In this document: positions 12,936-24,640 of the stretch, piece after piece | How the letters are laid out: each line of letters opens with the position of its first letter | Numbering within the stretch: the stretch's first letter is position 1 | Origin: Eledone cirrhosa | Lineage: Eukaryota | Direction of reading: 5' to 3' | DNA length: 64,000 bases | NCBI GenBank assembly: GCA_964016885.1 | Contig: OZ024740.1 | Location: forward strand, 302,498,001-302,562,000 | The notes under the pieces: model-generated | Told to the model about the DNA's origin: nothing | The model's input: the letters and a program-made list of their open reading frames with translations, nothing else | The model's database searches: none | Made by a program: the position numbers and the translations under genes

Positions 12936-15900
12936 ACGGCTATTCTGAGAGTAGGTTGTCTAAATGCGCGTGGCCTGGGCTCAACTTGGAAGCAAGCAAT
13001 GCTTCTAAATGACCTCAGGTCACAACGTATAGATGTGATGGTTATTTGCGAGGCCCGGATCAGCAACGTGTGACAGCTGGCCCCACCTTTGACGACTTTG
13101 AGATGTACGCATCTCTCTGTCAGCCCGGAGGTGGGGGTGGGGTTGTCGTTCTGCTGCAAACACATCTGAGTCTCGCAACACAGACGGTACATTTGGATCC
13201 GGAGAGTCGACTAGTGGTTCTGGACCTTGGCAGTGGTGAAGGCGGAGCGTTTAAGCTGGTAGCCGTCTACGGCCCTTTCGGGTCAACGCGGGCGGACTTC
13301 TTCCATCGCCTGGAGACTTTTCTAGGGACGTCCCGCTCCTTGATATTAGTGGGGGACTGGAGTGGTATCCTAGATGCACGTTGGTAATACGTAGGGGCCT
13401 GTCCCGATAGAGAGGGGTGTAACAGCCTCAAAGGGTTAATCGGCCGATTTGACCTGGCCGATAGATATCGACTAGATTTTCCGACTGCGCCAACCTGGAC
13501 TTGGGCAAACCGCAGCGGATCATCTAGGTCGTACTTAGATATGTTCTTAGTTAGAAATAAGGATAAGGACTTTTTAAGTTGTCCAAAAATGCCCATGGTT
13601 GGCTATTCAGACCACCAGTTAGTGACCTGCATGGTCAACCTTGACAGAACGCATAGACAGGGACCCGATTACTGGAAGCTAAACTTGTCCATACCAGCAA
13701 GTAAAGCTTACAGGGACCGGATTAGCACTTTAGTTAAGGAGAGGTTGATGGGCGCCATCGTCAACAGCAGGTGCTGGGGATCTCTCAAAAGAGAGATTAG
13801 AGTAGTCTCTATAGAATTTAGTAAGGAGTTAGCCTCAAATAGAAATAGGAAGGAAAGGGAGCTGGTAGAAGAGGCAATTTGAAGCGGCAACGTCAGCCAG
13901 AATGCTAGCGTCGGGAACGGCCCTGGGTTAGTTCTTCGACGCGAAACACAAAGGTTGCATCGTCCGAAGGAAAATACGTCCTCTGGGAAACGAGGAGACC
14001 ACCAAAGCTGTTTGCTGGGCCCGCGTGACAGAATCCAAAAGAGGGACTAGATCCACTATCCGGTCTTTGCGAGACCAGGATGGACGGGTGATCCTTGAAC
14101 CTAAGCAGATGTGCGAGGCTTTTCAAAAGCTCTTTGCCAGATTGTTCGGAAGGGGCGGGGGGCCGGTTGGGGAAGTGGACTTCGGTCCATACCTCGACGG
14201 CCTTCCGCGTCTCTCGAACAAGGAGGCGGAGTCCTGCGAGGAGCCGATTTCAGCTTCTGAGATAGAGGACGTTCTGAGCCAATGCGGCAAACGCAAATCT
14301 CCGGATCCCGATGGTCTTCCATACGAACTAGATCTAGCTATGCCGGACTTGTTCCCCGATCTCCTCGAGGCGGTCTACTGCAGCTGGCAACAGAACGGGA
14401 GAATTCCCTGTGCTGTGACTAAGGTCGTAGTCACGCTAGTGAGGAAGGACGAGAACAAGCGGGACGATATAAATAATTTCCGGCCCATAAATCGGCTAAA
14501 TACAGAGTTACAGATTTTGGCCAAGGTGCTAGCAAAGAGGTTGGCGCTTGTCGTGGGCAACCTGGTGGGAGATGCGCAGACATGTGCTATCCCGTCCAGG
14601 TCCATCCACGACAACCTCCACCTCATGCGATACATCATAAAGAGGGTTGGGAACGAATCCGGTTTTGGTGGGCCCTGATCAACTTGGATCAATCTAAGGC
14701 ATTCAATAGGGTCGACCATGGTTACCTGGATGCGGTGCTAGCGGCGGCAGGCTTCGGACCCGTTTTCAGGGGATCGATCACTGCCATGCACAGCAGCCGC
14801 ATCTGCTCTAGGGTCAAGGTGAACGGCTACCTCTCGGAGCCGTTCGAAATCGCGCGGTCCATACGAAAGTGTGCCCTCACTCCTCCCTTCTATATGTAAT
14901 GACTCTAGAGGCACTGCTACGGAAGTTGGAGTTGTTGCAGGGCATCCCGTTGGAACCGGGATTGCGGAAACGGTGTCGGCCTACGCCGATGACGTAACAG
15001 TAATGGTTTCGACGGCCTCGGAACTCGGGGCGATCGGCACCTTACTGGAGGAGTACGAAAGGTTTACAGGGGCTAAGCTGAACCGGGACAAGTCGATCGG
15101 TCTGCAACTCGGCACATGGAGGGGCAAATCGATGCCCTCCGATGGCGTCGTCGGGCGCTGGACGGAGGGCCGGGTGAAGTTTCTCGGGGTCTGGTTCGGA
15201 CCACACCTCCAGATGGAGAAGAACTGGGGTGACGTAACGAACAGGGTGTTTGCACTGACTCAGAAGTGGGCCGAGTGCAAACTATCCCTGAAAGGTCGGG
15301 CGGAGGTGGCGAACACTTATATAGCGTCCGTCATCTACTACCGCCTTACCGTCGTGCCTTGCCCAACGGAAATGCTCGCCAAAATGGTGCGCGTACTCTT
15401 CCAATTCCTTTGGAAGAGGCGGGCTCCTATGGTGAGGAGATCCATCTGCTGTCAACACCCTTCGAAAGGAGGGATGGGGATGCCGTGGCTGATGATGCAT
15501 AAACACGCATTAAGGTTACGGCACCTCCAGGTATTCCTCATCGGTCAACCGGTGTGGGCCCCGTTTGTGAGGCGAGCCTTTCCCAGACTCGTCTCGCTCA
15601 CTGAGCTGCAATTCTGGGTCAAGCAAAGACCGAGAAAACTGGGCGCCTGGCACACCGAGTATGCCCAGGCGCTCACGGCTCTCTGGCAGGCGGACCCGGC
15701 TGTCAGTGGAGAATCCACCTCGTCATTCTATAGATGGCTCGTGGTTAGCAGGTGCGACGACGCCCTCGGAGAAGCCCTAGGCATGGAGGAAAACGAACTG
15801 GCCAACCTGTTCGGTAGGACATTCAGCCCGGGACCTATGGATAACTTCCAGAGGTCCCTGGCCAGACAGTGCTACCGAGGGGCACTGCCCGTTCGAGAAA

Positions 15901-16067
15901 GGCTCTACAGACACGGGCGCCCGGGAAGGGACCCCTCGAGAAAGATCTGTCCCAGATGCGTGTGCACTGCCGATCCGGTTGACCACCGAGTGTATTGTAA
16001 CGATGAAGCCCCCTCCCCTCTTCAAAAACGAAGGAGAGACGGTGTTTCTGTGCGTAATAGCCATGGC
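12936..16067 (+). pseudogene. LINE ORF2 (APE endonuclease + reverse transcriptase), disrupted
   Basis: Fragments with GDW, SDH, KSP.PDG, FRPI, LDQSKAF, YADD, CPRC; collinear with the 1032-aa ORF at 59970-63068; start codon reads ACG. Confidence 0.93.
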
Positions 16068-19000
16068 TGAAGCAAAGGTACCTACTTTTTGTCAAAACAA
16101 GAAGATGGGAGGGAAAGCCATGCCTACTTGACCAGCAGGTAGTAGCAGACATGGACAAATGAATGCCAACATTATCGCCTCAAAATTTAGAAGAGGAACA
16201 AGCATCAGCTGCTTGTAAGCAACTGAACACGCCTGACGTCACAAACGTCACATGTATCGACACACAGTAGGAAGTATCTGTAGCAAACACTAATACCACC
16301 ACAACCAACAACAACAACACAATAAATGAGAACAACAACAACACAACAAAAGGAATCAGTGGCAACACAACGAATGAGACCATCATCACCACCACCAACA
16401 ACAACAATAACCAAATTTCATTTGCAGCAACAGTATTTTATATACTACTCCATGAACATTTCCCAAAAGTCCCAATATTTGGAAGAAGCTTCCAACTATG
16501 TGACGTTTGAGAGAGACAGCCCAGACATACACATACCCCCACAAGTAAGAGAAATTACACAGAAAAAGAAGCTAATTTATAGAACAGTTGACATCACTAC
16601 CAAAAAACCCATAACGCTCCCAACAAGCACTATCGAAGCTGCACTAAAAGACATCAAGCCAGACGTGGCATACCTCCAAAGAGGTTAACAGTATGGAAGT
16701 GTGTCAGTGCTCTTTAAGTGCGAAACACTGGCACAAAAACACTCGGTTCACCCAATAAAAACGGATCAACACATCTTCTTCCATGGGAAGAAGATCCTAC
16801 AAAATAAAAATAACCAGGATCCCAGCAGAGGTCAACATATGGTGGATCCTACGCTGCATCCTGAAGAAGGATGAGGACACCCTCCTATCTGTAGACAGGA
16901 CAGACCGGCATAACTGGTTTGGAACCTGTATCGAGGTTCTGGTACAAATGAGGCCTGAGAGAGTTGAGAAAATACCGGACAGGATCGTCCTTGAGGAAGA
17001 TGTCATCTCCATTTTAGTGGAAGGGAAAAGACCTCAGTGCCATAAGTGTGGGAAAACCACACACTTAAAGGCCTTTTGCCCTCTCTTAAACACATAGAGG
17101 ACAAACAAGGTGTTATTACCAACACCAAAACCCCAACATCAACACTCAAAACCAAACACAACACAAACACCTGTAACATCCACTCCCACACCACCACAGA
17201 CCAGAGACAACCACACACACAAAATCCAACTGAATAACTCTCCATTGCCTCTTCCCCCCCCCCCTTCAAATACTTCCACAAACACTCCACCACATACGCC
17301 TCCCATCTACCCCTGATTCAGAAGTCTCAGATACGGGAACCTCTACATCTCCAAGTGAGAATGAAGAGTAACCCCAAAAATTCAAAAACAAAAAAGACAC
17401 AAAAAAGACACAAAAACATCTACAGAAAACACGCACACACCCAACCCCACCATAAACACATCGCCACAAACGACAAACACACCAACAACACAATCACCAC
17501 CAAAACAACCAAACACTTCACCAACAAAACAAACACCCACACCACCACAATCACAAACCCCAACCACAAAAAGAAAACTACAAACAGAAACAGTACACAT
17601 AAAAAACAAAACACACTACACATACATAAAAACAAGAAACAAAGAACTGGTGGAAACTGTCCGAAAGGACCCCACAATACAAACGGAAGGGAAAACCTTC
17701 CCTACCAACGACCCACCCCCAAACCTCAAACTTATCAGGGTAACAACCCTACAGTATCAAACTTTAAAAAAAAACTTCCCACATGATGTGGGCCCCCCCC
17801 CCCCCCTTGCCAAAAGCCCCTTAACCGTGTCCTGCTAAAAGGATTCCCTGCCTCCTCAAATACCACCAATCTGGACATGGAGATCGAACAACCCGACCTC
17901 CAGGAAACGAAAAGGTAAGTGTTCTCCTTAACTCTTCTTCACCAACATGGCGACTATACAAGCTGGAAACAGGGCCAGCTTTTAAATGATCTCAGGTCAC
18001 ATTGTATAGATGTGATAGCCATCACCGAGTCTAAAATTCACGACAAGCAGCAGCTAACACCCATGTTCGATGATTTTGAGATCTACGTATCTCTCTGGCA
18101 GCCAGGAGGTCGAGGGGGAGTTGCTGGTCTGTTTCGAAAAAACATGGATCTCAAAATACAGACGATTCACTTGGACCCGGAGGGCAGCCTGGTGGTCCTG
18201 GACGTGAATGGTAGTGAAGGTGGAGCTTTCAGACTGGTGGCCGTATATGCCCCGACTGGGACATCGCGACCAGAGTTCTTCAAGCGTCTGGAGCCATTCC
18301 TGGGAACGTCTCGCTCCTTAGTGTTAGCGGGGGACTGGAATGGCATCTTAGACGCACGATGGGACTATGTAGGAGCTTGTTATAATAGAGGGGGTGTAAT
18401 AGCCTCAAAAATCTCATAAGCCAATTCCAACTGGCTGATAGATAGCGACTAGACTTCCCAAGTGCACCAATGTGGACGTGCAGCAACCGCACTGGGTCTT
18501 CTAGATCGTATTTAGATAGATTTTTAATTAGACAGAATGATAAGGAAACATTAAGCTGTCCACAAGTGCACATGGTTGCCTATTCAGACCACAAATTAGT
18601 TACCTGCGTAGTCAATCTTGGTAGAACACATAGACAGGGATCCTGATACTTGAAGCTAAACATGTCGCTCCCGGTGCGTAAGGCCTACAGTAAACGGATT
18701 AGCACCTTAGATAAGTGCCAGTTGACGGGAGCGATCGTCAACAACAGGTGGTGGAGCTCTCTCAATAGAGCAATTAGAATAGAATCGATAGCATTTAACA
18801 AGGAAGTAGCTTTAGAAAAAAACAAAACTGAAAAGGAACTGGTAGCTAAAATAGAAGAGGCACTTAGGAATGGCAGTACAACTGACATGCTAGCGGCGAG
18901 AACGGCACTAGACCAGTTCTTCAACGTGAAACACGAAGGTCGTATTGTCAGAAGTAGAACACGTGCTCTAAGAAACGAGGGAGCCAAGGCTGTTAGCTGG

Positions 19001-19573
19001 GCCCGAGTGGCAGAGGCGAAAAGTGGCAATAAATCCACAATTCGGTCTTTGCAAGACAAAGATGGACGCATTATACTTGAATCCAAGCAGAATGTGCGCA
19101 GTCTTCCAGCAGCATTTTGCACAACTGTTCGGGCAAAGCGGTACATCGAGCGAGGTGATGGACTTCAGCTCCTACCTAGACGGCGTACCGCGACTCTCGA
19201 GCACGGATGCGGAGGGCTGCGAAAGGCCGATCACAGAGGGCGAAATAGAAGATGCCCTAGGCCGCTGCGGGAAACGCAAGTCACCCGGTTTAGATGGTCT
19301 ACCCTATGAGTTTTACATAGGCATGCCAGACTTGTTCTCTGGCGTCCTCGAAGTGGTCTACTGCAACTGGCAGCAGAATGGGAGGATTCCCAGTTCTGTA
19401 GGCAGAGGCGTAGTAACGCTGATCAGGAAAAATGAGAACAAGGGGGGTGAAATAAGCAATTTCAGGCCCATAACTCTGCTCAACACAGAGTTAAAGATTT
19501 TGGTCAAGCTGTTAGCAGCAAGGCTGGCGCTTGTCGTCAAGAGCCTGGTAGGGGAAGCCCAAACGTGTGCAAC
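16063..19573 (+). mobile_element. Second Tx1-clade LINE (divergent subfamily), lacking 5'UTR and 3' half of RT
   Basis: ORF1 from ATG 16063 with CHKCGKTTHLKAFC (CX2CX4HX4C), stop at 17916-17918; ORF2 from ATG 17947 with GDWN, SDH, KSPGLDG, FRPITLLN; homology stops at AQTCA. Confidence 0.92.
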
Positions 19574-20222
19574 ATTCTAACAACATACCTATTCTATCGG
19601 CGCTGTGATCTCTCAATTCGGAGAAGTAGCAAATCTACCTGGAGTGACTCTCTGATCTCCAACCTACGAGGACCTTTCGGATGAACCCTTAGGAGGAACC
19701 CCATATATTATTATACATATATACACATATATGCGGTCTCAACACCGCATACCCCCCCCCCCCCCCCCGCCCTCTCTTTCTGTCTCTCTCTCTCACTCTC
19801 TCTTTCTCACTCTCTCACTCTATGTCTCTCTCTATATATATAAGTCAGAACTTATCCTGCCTTTGTCTCTGCCTCTTTTATTTAGGAGGGGTGGGGGGCG
19901 GTTACGTTCCATAGTTCACATTGTGCACATGAGTTCCAGAAGTTGACAGCAGAGATGGGTCTGTCAGATGTTCCGCTGTCCTTTCCAAAGTTGTTTTCAT
20001 ATTCTAAATATTTTTTTTTCACTTAAATATATATTTATTTACTGTTATTTAAAGAAAATTATTGTAGCTAACTCGTGCTTATAAAATGTATCCCCGTAAA
20101 ATGAACAAGTTGTCGAAACGCGAATCGTATGTGCTATGTATTGTATTTGTGTGATTCTTCGATGCAGGAGGGTGAAATAGGTACGATATGCCTACGTATG
20201 AATACGCTGTATATAATTTAAT

Positions 20223-20476
20223 GGCACGTGGCTTAGTGGTTAGAGCGTTGAGCTGACAATCGTAAATTGTGAGTTCGAATCCCGGACCGGGTGGTATGAT
20301 GTGGTTTGAACAAAACACTGTATTTCACATTGCTGTAAAAATTAGCTACAACATTACTGGTGCCTAGAGTTATCAACCATTGCCTTTCCCTTGGGACAAC
20401 ATCGCTGGTGTGGAGAGGGGAGACTGGCATGCATGGGTGACGGTTAGTCTTCCACACATTGCCTAGACTTGTGCCG
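20223..20476 (+). mobile_element. tRNA-derived SINE (second family)
   Basis: A box tggcttagtggttagagc and B box gagttcgaatccc followed by a non-tRNA body; no acceptor stem. Confidence 0.85.
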
Positions 20477-22201
20477 ACTATTTAGTACTTGGTATAGTCA
20501 GGATCAGTTTCATTAGACCCACTTTGAGACCTTTCTATTTCAAACAAACAAAAAGAATCTCAGGAAACTACTTTCACATACAATTTGTTTATGTCTGTTT
20601 GGCCTGACCTAACAGGCAAATACTGCGCGAAAGAAGTAGAATAAATTAAGCTCGAATGATTTTAATCCACTAGACTTAAATGAGTATAATACGTCTCTCC
20701 TCGTTATACTGTCACATACTCCAAATTTAATAAAGTGGCCTGGAGATTAGTAACGTGACGCTTTTGAGCTGAAAATTATTTTATAATGATAAGTGAGGAA
20801 TCATAAAATAGTATTTATGTTCAAAGGGCGATAAACCTGTAAATATTTCAAAAGCCCTAGTCTAAAGTTTATAGGTTAAAACCGTGTACATCTTTGAACT
20901 ATCCCTGTAAGGCCCTACAAATAATGATATGGAAGACTTTCCACTGATTTAGAATTTGGCTCTTGCATTCCTTATTTCCATATGCATCATATGGTAATGC
21001 ATCATATGGTAATGGATGGAATTGAACATATAAAAATAACAAGTTTAAAGACTCAAATTCAAAACTCCCGCTAGTTCTATATTGTCTTCCTTTGAATCTT
21101 AGTCCTCTCTGAATTTTCAGCAGTTATGTCCCTAACCTTATTCTGGTAATTCATTTAGAGAGCATTTATTTCCTTCTCGTTAATAGCTTTCGAATTATTA
21201 ATAAACAAGTTAAATAATTAGAGACTGATAGAAATTACATCATCCCTAGTACAATATGTTTAGTATTTATTTTTTACATACAAAAATGAAAACATTTGTT
21301 ACAGTTGATATTTGAACTAATAAGAATGAGTAGCAAACAAATATACTGTATAGTCAGCAGAAGAATATTTGTTTGTTGAGTTAGAATACTTCATTTTCCT
21401 ATAAATGAAAACTGAAACTGATACATTACTGGAGTAACCGTTCTTCGAAATATAGTTTGTATAGCTCCTTATGGGCGTATATTGTGAATATCAATAACAA
21501 TATTTTCTTTGGGTGCGGCCAAATTACCACATGTAATTTAGACATCAATTTCACTATAATTCCCTAATGAATTCACATCTATTCATTTTGAATTTCTTCT
21601 CTTAACCCAGTAACTTTAAACATCAAAACTGCATGCCTATAGATTTCATGATTTTGTTCAACCACAACACAGTGCGTTTCAACCAGTAGGGAGAAATATA
21701 CAAGTTTCACACAAAAACAAGAATAATTTCATTTAGCACATACTTTTCAGAGCACTTGCAATCTCGCCTTGAGTCCTGACTATGACACATTTTAGCCTTT
21801 CACTGAAAGTAATTCATTTCAATTGATGGTTAAGCCAATGTTTTTCATTTGTAACTATTCATTAACGTGAAGAAAGATGCAGTCCTGCATTCTCCCTTTC
21901 TGGCAATTAAATATAATCAATAGATTATATTAGATTGGAAACACTAGTGTTGATCTGCATGGACAAGAATGAATCAAGTAAAAGAAAACAATTAGTTATG
22001 TTAAGTTTCTACAAAATGAGGAAGTAATTAATGTATCATTGAGTAATGAAGGTCTTTGTCTAAAACCAGAGCAATTTCCTAGTTTTGTCTTATTTTATTT
22101 TCATTGTTGCTGACAAGTTAGATGTGATTGTAATTGTTGCAGTCTCTGCGACATATATTACGACTATTATTGAAGTTTCAACCCCATTATTTGCTGTTAT
22201 A

Positions 22202-22390
22202 GGGCGGTGGATTGGCAGTATCGGTAGAGGGCCGGACGCCATGCTTTGCAGCATAGTTACGTCCCTTTACGATCTGAGTTTAAACCCCGCCTAGGTTAAC
22301 TTTGCCTTTCATCCTTACGGGGTCGATAAAATAAAGTACCAGTAACGTACTGGGTAGTTGCTGGCCTTGTGCCTAAAGTAGAAACAATTA
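22202..22390 (+). mobile_element. tRNA-derived SINE with target-site duplication
   Basis: Same family as 8374; direct repeat attatttgctgttatagg at 22186-22203 and 22387-22404. Confidence 0.92.
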
Positions 22391-22561
22391 TTTGCTGTTA
22401 TAGGTATTGTTGTTTTTATTCTATAACTCTTGCAGGGCGCTGTTTGCAAGGAAAATGTTTGACTAGTCGTCAAACGCTTGTTTATATCTATATATCAGGG
22501 TACAACTAGTTTAAAACTTGTTATTCCGTTATTCAACAGAGTAAATTATGGCTTCATTATG

Positions 22562-22665
22562 AAAAGTCACGCCCCGACGGCTAAACTCTAGCCGTTTTAA
22601 CAGCTAGTTCCAGATTGGAATTAGCTGTTTAAACAGCACAGCTCAGCCGTCGGTTCCCGGACTTT
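22562..22665. repeat. Imperfect ~100-bp palindrome related to the 50757 element
   Basis: aaagtc..ccgacggct...acagcta.ttcca / tggaattagctgt...agccgtcgg..gacttt. Confidence 0.75.
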
Positions 22666-22675
22666 ATAATAGATA

Positions 22676-22723
<48 letters not shown>

Positions 22724-22732
22724 TGTATATAT

Positions 22733-23295
22733 ACTTTAATGTTCAGAAAACAGGAGAGATAAAGCTGACAGAGCCATGCAAACAGGAGGAGTAGTTAGCT
22801 TTGATAAGCATCAAAAAATGCGAAACAGAGCTCCGCCAGCTTCAGTAAGTGAGACTGTCACTACTCTAAAACAATAGCATAAGGTCTTCGAAATGCTTTT
22901 AATTAATCATACAGTGTATTGCAAAATACACTATATATACATTCATATATATATCGCTATTTCAGAGCACCAATTCTAATTTTCAATTTCTGCTTGACCG
23001 GCAACCGCTCTGTATAATCAGTTCCTGCTTATTACTAGAATTCTATAAGAATCAAACATTCATGATTTTCAGCAAACAGGAGGAGTAGTTAGCTTTGATA
23101 AGCATTAAAAAATGCGAAACAGAGCTCTGTCAGCTTTATCTCCCCTGTTTGCTGAAAATTAAAGTAAGTGAGACTGTCACTACTCTAAAACAATAGCATA
23201 AGGTCTTCGAAATGTTTTTAATTAAGCATACAGTGTATTGCAAAATACATTATATATACATTCATATATATATCGCTATTTCAGAGCACCAATTC

Positions 23296-23302
<7 letters not shown>
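22733..23302 (+). mobile_element. Non-autonomous HHR-bearing tandem element (retrozyme or PLE pseudo-LTR-like) in (TA)n
   Basis: Direct repeats ~22777-22983 and ~23072-23302; a short inverted copy of 23124-23165 at 22733-22774; (TA)n on both sides. Confidence 0.8.
23066..23158 (+). ncRNA. Type I hammerhead ribozyme with U3-A8 variant core
   Basis: agct-TTGATAA-gcat(taaaaa)atgc-GAAA-cagagctctg-TC-agct; stem I extends as ttttcagcaaacagg/cctgtttgctgaaaa; predicted cleavage after C23131; degenerate copy at 22797-22841. Confidence 0.8.
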
Positions 23303-23385
<83 letters not shown>

Positions 23386-23392
<7 letters not shown>

Positions 23393-24640
23393 GTCAGGTT
23401 TTTTTACAAAATGAAAAATAACCGAGGTGTCCTAAACGAGTGAACGTATAAGGTAAAAAGATAAAATCGAAAATGCAACTGGAATCTTTTTTTTTTAAAT
23501 ATATATTTAATTTGTTCCTTTACCGGTTTCGCAGTTCTTCTGCTTCTCAAAAGTAGAATTGAGATGGAGGGTCTGTGGTTTTTCTCACATCTGGTTGGTC
23601 TTTGAATGTTACTTCTGTTTTATATGGAAAAAAGCGGCTCGAAATGCCAGGTTTTCAGAGAAGTAATTTGGTTGGTTGGTGAATAAGTATAATAAATTTC
23701 GAGCCAGTTCGTGTTACAAAATTCTTCAAACAGGGGGGTGGGGGCTCAGGTTCTTGTTTTCATATATGAGTGAAATTTGGTTGGTTGATGCAGTCACGTG
23801 AATAAGCACATCAGCTTTCGCGCCACTTTGTCTTAATTTCTTTTACTTAAAGAAAAGTGGTTCACGAAGGCTTTTTTTTAAATGTAATTTGATTGGTTAT
23901 AAATGAAATTATGTACATTAAATTTCGAGCCCGTATTTGGGAATTTATTTTGTAGCATTTTAGAGAATTTTGTGTCAAATAAAAGATAATGGTCAAGAAA
24001 AATGGGATGGGGAGAATTGTTCTGGTTCAGTGAATATTGAAATAAAGAAAGTAGAGATATGTATGTTTATTTGTGTGCTTGTGTGTGTGTGTGTAGGAAG
24101 ATGATTCTATTAGTAGAAATGTGGGAGGGAGTTGTGTGTGTGTATGGGTGTTATGTGTGTATGTGTATGTGTGTGTTGGTGTATGGTTAGCATGTTAAGA
24201 TGGAGAGAATATATATATTGTGTGAGTGTGTGTAGGAAAATGATTCTATTAGTAGAAATGGGGGAGGGAGTTGTGTGTGTGGGAGTATGGTTAGCATGTT
24301 AAGATGGAGAGAATATATATATGTTTTGTGTGTGTATGTGTATGTAGGAAAATGATTCCGTTAGTAGAAATGGGGGAGGGAGTTATGTGTGTGTGGGGGT
24401 GTGGTTAGCATGTTAAGGTGTTAGAGTATTAACGTATGTTAAGGTTTAATTAGTTCTGGTTTTTATTTTCTAAAGTAGGTGTTATGTGTGTGTGTATGTA
24501 TGTGTCTGTTTAGATGGTTAGCATATTATGGTGTTGACATAATGTATATTAAACTATATTTAATGCTGGTCTATATTTTTGAATAAACATATTTTCCTTA
24601 TTTTCCTTATTTTCCTTATTTGTTCTGTTGCATTGTCAGT
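23386..24640 (-). mobile_element. Non-coding PLE-like repeat ('family B') with HHR and internal ~120-bp tandem repeats
   Basis: Reverse-complement match to 56140-57185; abuts (TA)n; three related ~120-bp units at ~24085-24430. Confidence 0.75.
23517..23553 (-). ncRNA. Minimal hammerhead ribozyme, U3-A8 core
   Basis: Minus strand ctt-TTGAGAA-gcag(aagaa)ctgc-GAAA-ccgg-TA-aag. Confidence 0.75.

Larger units (their letters stand above)
10981..16067 (+). mobile_element. Tx1-clade (L1 superfamily) non-LTR retrotransposon, apparently 5'-complete, 3' end lost
   Basis: Starts right after (ATCT)n; contains 5'UTR, ORF1 and ORF2 with APE, RT (YADD) and start of the CCHC finger; many stops and frameshifts. 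Confidence 0.92.

Noticed and set aside
20223-20295. tRNA gene
   Set aside because: A and B boxes are present, but there is no acceptor stem or terminator and it continues into a SINE body; the same applies to the other SINE heads
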